From Azolla caroliniana (Eukaryota > Plantae > Polypodiophyta): a DNA stretch of 64,000 nucleotides. The first letter of the stretch is position 1. The number at the start of each line of letters is the position of its first letter. This document shows positions 12,274 through 25,000 of the stretch, piece after piece. The notes beneath the pieces are model-generated. The model did not search any database. It was not told where the DNA came from and saw nothing but the letters and a program-made list of their open reading frames with translations. The position numbers and the translations under genes are program-made. The stretch covers positions 124,001 through 188,000 of the forward strand of contig JBHGNT010000004.1 in NCBI GenBank assembly GCA_043228905.1, given 5' to 3'.

Positions 12274-13193
12274 TGATGGGAACTACACGCTCCCTATACG
12301 CAACGCTCGGCCACAACCGAGCTTAGAATCATACACAGAAAACGGGAAATAATGCATGACACGAAGAAGAGACGAGTACGCAGGATGTTTACGTGGAAAA
12401 CCCAAATTAAGGGAAAAAAACCACGGTAGCCCACAGGCTGCAAACTATCACTATGTTAGAATGTACAACAGTGAGTTCACGGAGGCAACGACCTCGTGCT
12501 CACGATCCTCGCCACAGGTGGCGGTTACAACAGAGGCAACGACCTCTTTCTCTCTCTCTCTCTCTCTGTACACAGTTACATACTCTCTTCCTCCTTGCAC
12601 CAACAAGAATGACAACACATCTATAAAAGTTTGCCCTAAGTCATTTTTATACTAATATGACTTTTCGGCTATTTACAAATATAGCCACGATGGACTCTCA
12701 AAAACATATTTACAAATATGTCTCTTCATCCGGAGAGCGCTCCTCACCGGGCCTGCATCATCCAGATCTTGTCGGGCACTCGTCATCCGGTTCTCATCGG
12801 GTCTGCACCATCCGGCTCTCCATAGCCGGGTACTCCTCATCCGGTTATCACCGGGTCTGCACCATCCGGCTCTCCGTAGCCGGGTACTCCTCATCCGGTT
12901 ATCACCGGGTCTGCACCATCCGACTCTCCGTAGCCGGGTACTCCTCATCCGGTTCTCACTGGGTCTGCACCATCCGGCTCTCCGTAGCCGGGTACTCCTC
13001 ATCCGGTTTCTTCCTCGCACCATCCGGCTCTCCGTAGCCGGGTACTCCTCATCGGTTTCTTCCTCGCACCATCCGGCTCTCCGTAGCCGGGTACTCCTCA
13101 TCCGGTTTCTGCCTCGGCCTATCGGCCTCGGCCGAGTTTGCTTATTAGCATTGTTCTTCTCCCTTCCCATCCGGAGGGACCTGTCTCCCAACA
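12274..13193 (-). mobile_element. Solo LTR (copia-type), 920 bp, with internal tandem array
   Basis: TG...CA ends (TGATGGGA / TCCCAACA). Perfect 5-bp TSD GTAAT at 12269-12273 and 13194-13198. Minus strand carries CCGTGGTTTTTTTCCC...GGGTTTTCCACGTAAA, a motif seen in plant copia LTRs, and TATAAAAA near 12645-12652. Confidence 0.9.
12771..13108. repeat. GC-rich tandem array, 54-bp unit (~6 copies, last ones shortened), inside the solo LTR
   Basis: Unit gccgggtactcctcatccggtt(a/c)tcaccgggtctgcaccatccggctctccgta. Explains the repetitive ORFs at 12657-13037 and 12673-13215. Confidence 0.92.
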
Positions 13194-13452
13194 GTAATGG
13201 CCATATATTTTTCACCCTATTATTTGTGTAGTCTCTTCAAGTTTCATAAGCTTCTCAACAGCCGTCATGTATTATTAACTGTTGTACATGCAAATTAGTA
13301 GTCTTGTAGGTGTCAATGAATCACAATGTAAAAACTATGCACAAATCCTAAATGATCACTCTTCCTTCTTTTGTTAATGTGGATGAACTTTACTTCATCT
13401 TCTTCTTTTTAAAGGATTTTCTTCAATAGTATTAAGAAAAAACGCCCGAAGG

Positions 13453-15465
13453 CTACAACTTGAACCTAGTTGGCAAGGAGGTTACAACTTTTCTTATACA
13501 ATGATGTAAAATAATCCTATGACCAAATATCGAACTTTGTAGAAGATGTTTACATTTGTTGATATTCAAGAAAGAGTCCATGGAAGTCAATATTGCCATT
13601 GAGGCTCTTGAGTTGACATTGTACGCAGGGGCAACTTTTTGCATAAGTGAAGAAGCTTTTTCCCTTTTCTTATTCACAACATCTGGGGAACCCTGCATAT
13701 TATCATACTGGCCACTGACTATTGTCAGCAAGTTTTCCCATATCTCAAATAGCACATATGAGAGATGAATGTCTACCGCATCATAAAGTCAGTTACAACG
13801 ATATTTCCATGATGCCCATAATGTTATTGTGGTCACTATTTTCCAAATCTGGACATATCACACCTGCTTTCAAGGTTGCTGGAAGGGACTAACTAATATC
13901 AATATTCTATTATGTATTGTCATTGCCTCGTGAACATCATTTGCCTCATACAACATCAAACTGGAATGTAATACTCCCCACATCGCTGATCTCCATGAGA
14001 ATAGGCAACCTACATTGATTGTTAGGAATAAATAAATAACTTTCTTCCATACTTATTGAGCAAAGGGACAATACCATAGGACATGATTGGTAGTCTCATG
14101 AGGTTCATGGCAAAAGCCACATTACCGCAAATTGGGTGCTACATTCCCTTTCAATGAATGACCAACTAGTAGTGCCATATGCACTAATAACCATCGAAAG
14201 AGAATAATTTTAGTTGGCCCCTTGAATGACCAAATCCATTTCCAATATGTTCTCAAATGCAAAGTTGAGACACCCCAATTGGTCCAATGTTTCTAAGCTA
14301 TTGGTGTCGTTACATTTTGAGAGGGTAGTAATGATCTTCTAGGTTTTACTAGTACTGAAAGAAGGGGACCCTTACGATCTTTTCCCCCAAGGAGTGTGAC
14401 CAAAGCAAAACCACGGGATCCCACGTTAATCGTGCAACAAGATCTTTTGCATATTAAGCACAAGATATCACACATATGAGTAATTGACGGATAAGGATCA
14501 AGGATCCATTTCTTTCCAGTTTTAGCCACCACTCAAATTGGTGCACTCCGCAACTCTTGTAGATAACTGCAATCAAAGGTATAAGATTGCAATCTATTGT
14601 TGTCTAGGACCTCAAAATAAGAAACACACCCATTCGGTGAAGCATCCAAACCATAGATGTTCCCGCTTAGGTTGAAAAGTTGCAAAAAATGAAGAATATG
14701 TTGTTGATATGGTAGCCATCATTATCTTGGCACCATGAACTGATTGTAGATGTGCAAGTCGATCTTCTTGTGACATTTGCTGAAATTGAGTCCATGTTCT
14801 TACAAATGCAACTGACCCATTATCCAATTTACCCTAAGCAAGGTGAGTTCGCAGGCCCAATACTTTTCTTGCATTATCCCGAAATAGAGAATTGGCAAGC
14901 ATAGGCTAATTAAGTAATGCATCCCATGTAGACGGGTTGTCCTTAAGCAAAAATGATTTAATTGCATCCCCAGTTCTTATGATTCCTAGCAAAAATCTAT
15001 TAGATGCAAGATTCCACCTTGGCATTTTCATGTCATTCAAGAACAACCACTTTAGAGAGGGCGACCATGCTCCTCCTATCTTAGGAGTCAACTGCATTAA
15101 CTGATTTAAAAACATTCCTTTCCAAACTTTTGATCTTGGCAACAATCCTCTTATCACAAACTTAGTCAAGAGAGCTCTTGACTGCATCAATGGATCTATC
15201 AAACCCAACCCTCCATTGATTTTAGGCTGAATCAACACATTCCAAGCAATTTACATCTGGAATTCCCAAATGAATGATGCATTTTGCTGGGCACACCAGA
15301 GGAGCAGAAAATGAATACTATGCAGCTAGGGAGAGGTTTCAAATAATGACTCCAAATCGACGGACTCACAAGATCCAAATTTATCAAGTCATCGAGATAC
15401 AAAGCCAAAGCGAGAGCCAATGTTTCATGTGCAAAAAGGAGAAGTCATTAACAACAATCACTTGA
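13453..15465 (-). mobile_element. Degenerate L1-like LINE, 3' half of ORF2
   Basis: Minus-strand remnants with stops/frameshifts: LIQPKINGGLGLID (post-RT), CGFCHEPHETTNHVLWYCPFAQ*VWKK (zf-RVT, ~14040-14120), IWKIVTTITLWASWKYRCN and EIWENLLTIVSGQYD. The last two parallel the ORF at 55112-55852. Boundaries approximate. Confidence 0.8.
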
Positions 15466-15789
15466 AAAAGTAGGCAAGACTAATATGATTACCATGTGGC
15501 TCAACTAGGACGAGATCTCGAGTAGTGGCTCCTATTTTCTGATCCAAATTTATCACCATTGAGAGCCCGAGGAGGGTGTATGGAGGCTCATATATTTATG
15601 TATATACAAGAAAAGGAAAGGAGACATTAACTACAATCACCTAAAAAGCATACCTAGTGTGAATGGACTTGCCTTAAAGGACAACCCCCCTCCCCTCCCC
15701 TCCCCTCTCCCCTTTCATTAATGATGTAATTGAAAGTAATACATATGTATAGTGTCCCCCTTATATCTCTGTTCTCTCTTTTCTCTTTT

Positions 15790-15793
<4 letters not shown>

Positions 15794-15829
<36 letters not shown>
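15794..15829. repeat. (CT)n microsatellite in the promoter/5' region of the ABCD transporter
   Basis: Long perfect CT run. Confidence 0.9.
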
Positions 15830-15832
<3 letters not shown>

Positions 15833-16052
15833 CGCTCTCCAAAAATAACAGTCTCAGAAGAATACCCACAAGCACCAATTCTCCCATTGAGCTTCAGTAA
15901 GAAAAGGCTCGCTTAGATCGTTATTCACTGAAAGCAGAGGATTCAGAACGGATTCTCAAATCCCCACCTTATGGGGAAAGAAACAAGAACCTCCCCAAAT
16001 TCTCTGCAGATCAAAGTGGTTTGAGTCCAAGTAAAGAGCCGAATCTGTTCTG

Positions 16053-19000
16053 ATGGAGAGGATTGTAAAAAATCCGAAGAGGTATTTGGTTACAAGGAAA
16101 GAAAAAAGAAAAAGAAAAAGAAAAAATTGTGTCCATTATGTAAGTCTTTTAGATTAATTGTTTATTCATCATTTATTTTATACATGAGTTTTCTTGTTAT
16201 TCGAGAGCAGAAAGGCTATAGTGGTAGCTGCCTCCGTATTAGTAGCCGGTGGAGGCCTCGCATATTTGCATTCTTCTTTCAACAGGAAAAAGCCAAGGTT
16301 TTCTTCTTCTTCGAAAGGAAGTGAAAATGGGTCCTTACCAGAGAAAGTGGTTACCGATGGAAAATTATCAGGTGGAAGAAAGATTAAAAGATCAGGGATG
16401 AAGTCTTTGAATGCTCTTGCAAGTCTATTGATTGCTCAGATGGGGACCAAAGGGATGAGAACTCTACTCTCTTTAGCAGCCATAGCGGTAAGTCCTCTTA
16501 CCGATTTTCTTGGAATATGTGGTATGGATTCTCTTTTTAATGCTTGAGAAAACTCCTTTTAGAAGAAAATTTCAACATCATTATCACTTGTTTGTGGTAT
16601 GGATTCTCTTTTTAATGCTTGAGAAAACTCCTTTTAGAAGCAAATTTCAACATCATTATCACTTGTTTGTATTACCTGATCAATTATCTCTATAGAGAGC
16701 TATAATTTGAGCATTATCATTTCTTGTTTGCTGTTTAGTTTTCTGGATTGATAGTCTATGTAGAGAGCTAAAACATCGGCTCAGTTATTGGCTGTTTATT
16801 TCTTATTATGCAATTGATCTTTGTAGAGCTTTACTGTTGGTGTAGTTATCAGGTCATTTTTATATTATGTGATGCATTTGCCAGTTGTTTATTTTATAGT
16901 GTGTTATCTGTCTTTATAGAGAGCTAGAATTTTGAGCACTGGTATAGTTGCAGGTTGCTTGTTTTGTATTGTGTGATTGATCTCTATTGTGAGCTAGAAT
17001 TTATGCAGTGGTAAATCTGTTAGAGCCTTCAGGCTAGCTTAGGAATTCTCAGACTATGAATGGCCAAGGGACACACACCTGCTGATTAAGCCTACAGAAA
17101 TATCCACGGTATACATTCTGATAGTTGCGCTCCCGTAATGGTTAAAAACCTCTTTGCAAGGATATCTCAACATCAAAATCACTTGTACTCATGGTGTTGT
17201 TGGAAGATTATTGTGCTTGACTAGTATGGAAATAATGAATGAACCTGAGAGACCCATTCCATGCCAGAAAATTGAGAGCCAGGATTTTAGATTATCACTT
17301 CTTGGCTTTAGATTATCACTTGTACTCATGGTGACGTTGGAAGGTTATCTTGCTTGACTAGTATTGAAATAACGAATGAATAATGACTAGTATTGCAATA
17401 ATGAATGAATAGAACACAGATATCTTTCTCTTCACATATCACAAGTTAAGGAAAATGTACGAACCTTTCCCCCCCATTACTGTTTCTTGTATAAGGATCT
17501 TGTTCATGATTCCTAGAACTGGACGAATTCCACAAGAATTTCTTTCCCTCTACATATCAGAGAGGAACTATTTAATGAAAACATGTGAACCTTTCCCCCA
17601 TTACAGTTTCCTTGTTTAAGGTTGACCTCATCATGATTCCTAAATCTGGGTGACTTATAAGCTCCAAATTTGGGTCAACCTATGAACCCTCTAAATTAAT
17701 TCTGTGCTTTTGCAGGCTTTACGAACGGGTTTGAGCAACAGATTGGCAAGAGTTCAAGGTTTTCTCTTCAAGGCTGCGTTTCTGGGACAACCCTCAACAT
17801 TTACTCGGCTGATTATTGAGAATTTATTCCTTTGCTTAGTGCAGTCAGCCCTATTTTCAACAACAAAGTTTATTACAGGAACACTAAGTCTGCAGTTCCG
17901 AAAAATCTTGACAGACCGTGTTCATGCTGATTACTTCAAGGTTTTTCTTGCATCGTACATGTGCTTTATAAATTTTGGTCAGATATGATACTTGGTATGT
18001 GAAGTCCATTGTTGTTTTTGCAGAATATGACATTTTACAAGATGTCACATGTAGATAGAAGAATAAACAATCCGGAACAGAGGATTGCTAGTGATATACC
18101 TAAGTTCTCATCTGAACTTAGTGAGGTCATTCAGGAAAACCTGACAGCTTTCTTTGATGGGATACTTTACACTTGGCGACTGTGTTCATACGCAAGTCCC
18201 AAGTATGCAGTGTGGATTTTGGTATCACAGCTTCTCTAATTTCCTCATCAATGTAGTTATTGTATGACTTGAGGATGGCTCTTTTCGACATGTATTCATG
18301 ATGTACCATTTCTATTTTCAGGCTTATGTGCTTGGTGCTGGCTTTGTCACTGGGAGTGTTTCTCCTCCATTCGGAAAGTTGATGTCTAAAGAACAACAAT
18401 TAGAAGGAGAGTACAGACAGGTACATACAAGACTTCGAGCACATTCTGAAAGCATTGCATTCTATGGGGGGCAAGATAGAGAGTCTTCAATTGTTGCACA
18501 TAGATTTCGGGCTCTTACAAAGCACTTGAGCAATGTATTGCACACACAATGGTGGTTTGGCATAATCCAGGACTTCACTTTGAAGTATCTTGGGGCCACC
18601 GTCGGTGTTGTTTTGATCATCGAGCCATTCTTTTCTGGTAACTTGAGGCCGGATCATTCAACATCAGGGCGAGCTGATATGTTGAGTAACATGCGCTATC
18701 ATACTAGTGTTATTATATCCTTATTCCAAGCCCTTGGAACCTTAGCCTTCAGTTCACGCAAGCTGCATAGAATCAGGTTTGTTGTTTACTGATGAACTTG
18801 GGGCAATGCTTGCTTGGTTTCAGAAGCTTACTTGTCAGCACTTGCAGTGGTTATGCAGATCGGATTAGGGAATTAATGCTGGTTGCCAAAGAGATCAGAA
18901 TATCAGGAACCAGTCAAGCTAGTCAAAATAAAGAAAATGCAGGCTACTTTGTTGAAGCAAACCATATTGAATTTAAGGGAGTAAAGGTATGTCAGGCTGG

Positions 19001-22000
19001 AAATGATTAAGCATCCTATCCTCTTGTATGCATATTTAGATATACTCATATAATAATTTTAGCTTAGTTCACCCATCTTCATGTGCAGTTTTTGTGAACT
19101 TTGTATGAATGAATGCATGTTTGAGAAAGAAAGTTCTAGCTGAATAAAAGGTACGGCATGAACCTCTGTTCTTGTTTAAACTTTCAAATATCTATCGTGA
19201 AGTTGCTGGTAATTTGTGAGCGAAGATCCAGTCTATGTTCCCAAGAGTTGTAAATAGTTCATATTTGTGCCATAGAAGCAAGCAATTTATGCACTCATCT
19301 CCTGGTCAATTTATTTATCCTGAGGTGTTTATATGCAGGTAGTTACTCCAACTGGAAACACGTTAGTTGAAAATCTTACCCTTAAAATTGAACCTGGCTC
19401 AAATTTGCTCATCACTGGTAGGTTTGGATGGATGTTATCACTCAAAATTTCCACGTTTGAGAAGTTATTTTGTTCTAATGAATATTGCTCATTTTACAGG
19501 TCCAAATGGAAGTGGAAAAAGCTCGTTGTTTCGTGTTCTTGGTGGATTGTGGCCACTAGTTGCTGGTTGTATTGCAAAGCCAGGGGTTGGATCTTCCTTG
19601 AATAAAGAGATTTTTTATGTGCCACAGAGGCCGTACACTGCAGTTGGCACTTTACGAGATCAGCTTATCTATCCTCTTACAGCTAGCGAGGAAACTGAAA
19701 GACTCACTGAGCAAGGAATGCGAGAACTTTTGAGAAATGTAAGAATAATGTGCTGTATGCCATTGGTTCAACAGAAAAAGGTCATGCATCTTACCTATGA
19801 TGTTTTTGTGCTAATTCAGGTTGACTTAGAATATCTTTTAGACCGCTACCCATTAGAAACTGAAGTCAATTGGGGGGATGAATTGTCCCTTGGGGAGCAG
19901 CAGAGATTAGGCATGGCTAGATTGTTCTATCATAAGCCTGCTTTTGCCATTCTTGATGAATGCACAAGTGCTGTGACCACAGACATGGAAGAAAGGTTTT
20001 GTGCCAAAGTGCGAGCAATGGGCACATCTTGTATCACTATATCTCATAGACCTGCCCTTGTTGCATTTCACGATATTGTTTTATCTTTGGACGGAGAAGG
20101 GTCTTCGACGGTCTATTACAAGGGGTACCTAATGAGTATTTTACTGCAGTGTAGTGCATATTTATTTTGGTTGCTTTACTGATACAAGTTGTGGTGCAGC
20201 ATTGGTGGAGCGTCACAGGAAGATCAACAAGTGAATCCAATAGCTATGTCTGATCGCCAGAATGATGCACTAACGGTGAAAAGAGTCTTTGCAACACCAA
20301 AAGAAGTAATATAAATAAACTTACCTTTTTACTGGTCTTTTTGTGAGAATAAAATGACAAAATTCGGAGGTTCTATTTGAGAATAGATTTCATGCAAAAA
20401 TAACTAATGGACGAATTATCCTTCTGGAACTCACCTAGGATGATCCATACTATACATCCCAAACAACAGAATCGTACATAGCAGCGATTCTTGCCAGGTC
20501 TCCTCCACCCTCAGTTGTTGCACTCATCCCTCGGGTTCCAAGATTGAAAAGTGAAGCTCAGAGTATGCCAATCAGAGTGGCATCTTTATCAAAAATATTG
20601 GTATGCCTGCATAGCTGCCATGCATATGAAAAATTATTGTTATAGTTTGTACCATCTGTGTTTTTTTTAGGCCTGCAATGTTCTCTGAAAAATGATGATA
20701 GTTTCCTAGGCCCTTTTCATAAACATGCCCATTGATGATTTTGAGTGTAACAATTCAAGTTGAGAACATGATAAGTTGTATATTTTCCAGGTTCCAAGCT
20801 TGTATGGTAAACAAGGTGCGCAATTGATATCTGTTGCCTTGCTTGTAGTTGCACGAACTTGGATTTCTGATCGAATTGCATACTTGAATGGTGAGTTCGA
20901 ACCTTTTATTGGTGTATTCATGCATGTTACAACGATGTTTCTCAAGCAGAACTGTGGTCATGATTAGGAACAAGTGTCAAACATGTACTTGAGCAGGATA
21001 AAGCAGCTTTCATTCGTCTAACTGGTGTAAGCGTGCTCCAAAGTGCAGCATCTGCAGTTGTTGCACCATCCTTAAGGTGGACACTGTTTAAGATAATTAT
21101 GTATTATTTAAAGAGTTTATATGAAGAAAGGTGTTGCATTTTTCTGTTTCTCTGCTTGTGTAGGCTGCATACCCAGATTGGTAATTTCATCAATGTTATC
21201 TTTATTTATGGTTTATCGGGATGTGGATGAATTTCTATGATAGATCTGACTCATGTGCTGATGCTACCTCTGGTAGGTGTGGTAACTGACATATTTACTT
21301 ATTTTTTGTTGAGGTTCTCCAATATGAGACAACATTTTCAGGTGTTATCTCGGAATAGGTCTCATATGCTTCTTAAGAGATATGTCTGTCTTTGTTAGCA
21401 TAATATTTCAGCATCTAGTACAGAGGAAGAAAAGAGCATTTATTGGGCACTGAGCAGGATGTTTATAAGGTATTCTTGGGATAAGATTGCAAATTTCTGA
21501 GTCCTTGTCCATCCACTCCCATTGAATCTCCTACGAGTTGGCATGAGTGTGATTTCTTCACTGCTAATATGTTATGCAATGGAGTAGACAGTCTACAAAC
21601 TGGGAGGGCCCAAGATCATGAAGCAAGGTTGTCAGCACTGTAGGCGTCAAGCAAGGTTGTCCCCTCTCGTGGGTACTCTGTGCTCTTTGCAATGATGAGG
21701 TAGATGAGTACATTGCACAAGATGGGAAAACATAAGCAAGGGAAGGATCTTTGCCGGGTGATAATCGTCTTTATTTGTTGGTGACAATTTTGCTGTGGTC
21801 CAGAAGGTTGTGTTGTATGTGCACAAGACAGTGCGATTGCCTGTGATCTATTGCAAAACCCCTTTCGAGTGTCTTGAGCAAGACCCAACTTGTGTAGTAC
21901 TTGAGTGATTTGTAGCATGAGGAGTGACGGAGCTAAAGAAAGTCGTGATTATTTTTTGCGGATGAGCAGTTATGGTTGTCCTTAAACATCTTCTCTCTAT

Positions 22001-25000
22001 GTCTCTTGACTTCCCGTGAGAAGATTCCCAAGGACTATTGGTCGTATTCCATGACATTGCATAGTTTGCTAAACCCTTGTTTGAAGAGGCAGCAACATCT
22101 ACCTATTGTTTCATAAACAAATATCACAATGGTGGGCATAACGTTTGTCCTATTCCACCTCTTGATAGCACAGTTGGCAGATCTGTTCTTCTGTAGGTCT
22201 GCATGCACATCTGCCTATTTCAATTGATAACTGATTTGAAGATATCCTGAAGTGTCCTATCACACTATGGAGGGCATGTGTATCTATATAAGGCCTGATT
22301 ATAAATCCATGCAGCAACACGTGCCAAATGAATGCCTTATAGTGGGCCATCTTCCTACCCAGAGATGTTTTAGAACTGATCCCTGTTCTTTCCCTATCCT
22401 TTATTATAAAAACTCGGATCAATCTATTTCTTTCCAGTCTAGCAATGCTCAATTGTGAATAATCCAAGCAATATTGGAATGGGGTGGTGTGTTTATACTT
22501 TCATGCAATTGGGACCATCTTGCATTTCAGCATGCCAACAATGATTTTCTCCATTTTCATACAGCTGTTTGGCACTTGGGTACCTTTGCTCTGGAACCCC
22601 CAAATCTGTGGGATACTAGTCACTGATCAGAATAATAACTCAGTGACTATTGGGACTGGTCCTAGCTCTGCATGGATTTTATCATGGGGCACTGATGCTT
22701 TTCTTGATATCATGTTATTGAGACTAAAGGTACATCCAAATCTATGAAGTTATGGACCTGTGAATGGTAGTCCCCAAAGTTCTACGCTATAGAGAATAGT
22801 TGGTGTTGCAAGTATATCAACTAACCATTTAGTTCATGGTTCTTGGAATTGGAGATGTGTACATATTTTTTCAAGGGCACAAGTGCTACATATCCATGAG
22901 AGGATGTTAGTTATGCCAACTCACCAACTATTCCTTTTAGAAGCTGATATACATAAATTAAATCCTGATTGCGACAAAGACCGAGTAGAATGAGTCCAGG
23001 GTAGGCTGGAAGTGGAGGGAAGGAATATACATGGAAGATGAGGTTGGGCCAAGGCTCAAGATGTGATATGGAAGTGAAGGGCAAGGTTGGTTGGGGACAT
23101 GGCAAGTTTGGTGGATAATATGGCACATCAATGTAGATTGGGTTAGGGCAAATAAGCGTGAACCAATATGGTGCTGAAGACTGGCATGGAGTAACTGGAA
23201 TGGGCAGATTATGGTGTGAAAGAAGAAGTGAGGTGGGAAGCTTGGTCAGAATGTGGAGTTCAGTCTGGTTTTCAAGGCACCCTTGGGGCTATTAGCAATT
23301 CGATTGATTTTTATCAGTTCTATAATCTATTTGTTGAGACATACAACTTACTGTAGCACACATGGAAGATCTTTGATGGTGTCTGATGCCAATTATTGCA
23401 TCAGTGTGATGTGTTTCCTGACATAGAGTTCTTTTTTGTATCATTATATGGCTTAAAATTTTGACCTAAAATGTGTAGTATATTTAGAATAAACTGTCAT
23501 TATGTACATCTCACACACTAAGTACAGGTACTTAACAGCATTGTTGTCCCTTGGATGGCGTAAGAGAATGACAGAACACCTTTCAAGCCTATACTTCAGT
23601 AATAATGCCTTTTACAAGGTAAGATCCAAATTCTCTACTTTTAGTTTCTTGAAACATTTTTTTTAGGTTTAGAAAGCATTGTCTTTCACAGGTTTTTCAT
23701 TTATCGGAGAACAAAGTTGATGCAGACCAACGAGTAACTCAAGATGTGGAAAAGCTTGGGGCAGATATATCAGGTCTTGTAACCGGCATGGTGAAACCAT
23801 CAGTAGATATTCTTTGGTGAGTCCACGACACCATATTTTTGAAGTGGTTGTAATCAACACCTTGTTTTCTCACCCCCTATTTTATGATAGCATTCCTATC
23901 AAACGTAGCAAACACTATGCTTTCTTTGCAAACATTTTTCGTAGCTTTCCAGCTCTAACACCCAAATCTGAAATTTGTTTGTTGTCTTTCCTGATCATTC
24001 TGCTCACACTAATTAGAATAGTAATCGGCAGTGGTGTGGTTAAAACTCAAAAGAAAACTAAAACTAAAGAATTGTTTCAAAGTTCCCCCAAAAGCCGGTA
24101 ACATTATATTGTTAAGTTCATAAAGGTTTAAACCGAATCACATTGAACCTTCAACCCCAAACCAAACCGTTTACAAATTTGGAATCCTGAACCAAACCAA
24201 ATCAAACTGGGTAACCCATTAACCCATTAACCCGTGGTTTTGCTGTTCAGTTCAGCTCAAACTGAATAGTTGGTGATTCCGAAGTGTGAACCATCACTGC
24301 GCATATTCCAAAGGAAGTCCAACTTGTCGTTCATTGGCCTTATTCAAATTATATCCAAGTTTCTATCCCCAACTTCTAATCAATATTTTGGAAGAACAGA
24401 AATTAGGAAGTGTGAAAGTTTAATGAGGAATAGTGTGGAAACACAGTTATGAGAGTGATATAATTGACCAGGATTTTTTGTATCCTGGAAATGTAAAAGG
24501 AATTGCTGATGACTTCCCATGGTTCTGTTTTCATGGCTAGAATGATCCAGCTCATACTGAAACTGATTTTGTATGCAAGCTTTTTGAGCACGATGTTTGG
24601 GTGGTTCATCTTTGAACTACTTTTGACATTGTGCATGTTATAACTTCTGCTGTGACATTGATTTTTTTTGGGTGTCATGAAATTATTGGGTTAGTTAGTG
24701 TGTATTTATTGAATCATCAATCTCTCTTATATGAATTGTTATCAACTGAAATCATGCTATAACATTTTTGGATCTCATTGGCTTTCTCTTTGTTGCTGCT
24801 TTTAGGAGTTTCAGGGTTTCTTTCTGCTTCATTTTCAGGGGGTTTATGTTGCAGTGACGTTTTAGGGGTTGGCTTTAGGTGTATTGTTGTAGGGAGTCTC
24901 TCTGTTTCTGTCTCTGTTTCTCTTTCTTGAGCTTCGAAAGCATAGGGTTTCAGCCCTTATATTGAAACATCAAATTGTAATTGAGGGGAGATGTAAAGGC

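Noticed and set aside
12771-13108. CRISPR-like array or repetitive protein ORFs (12657-13037, 12673-13215)
   Set aside because: Units are head-to-tail with no unique spacers, there are no cas genes, and the array lies inside a TSD-flanked LTR. The ORFs arise because 54 is a multiple of 3.
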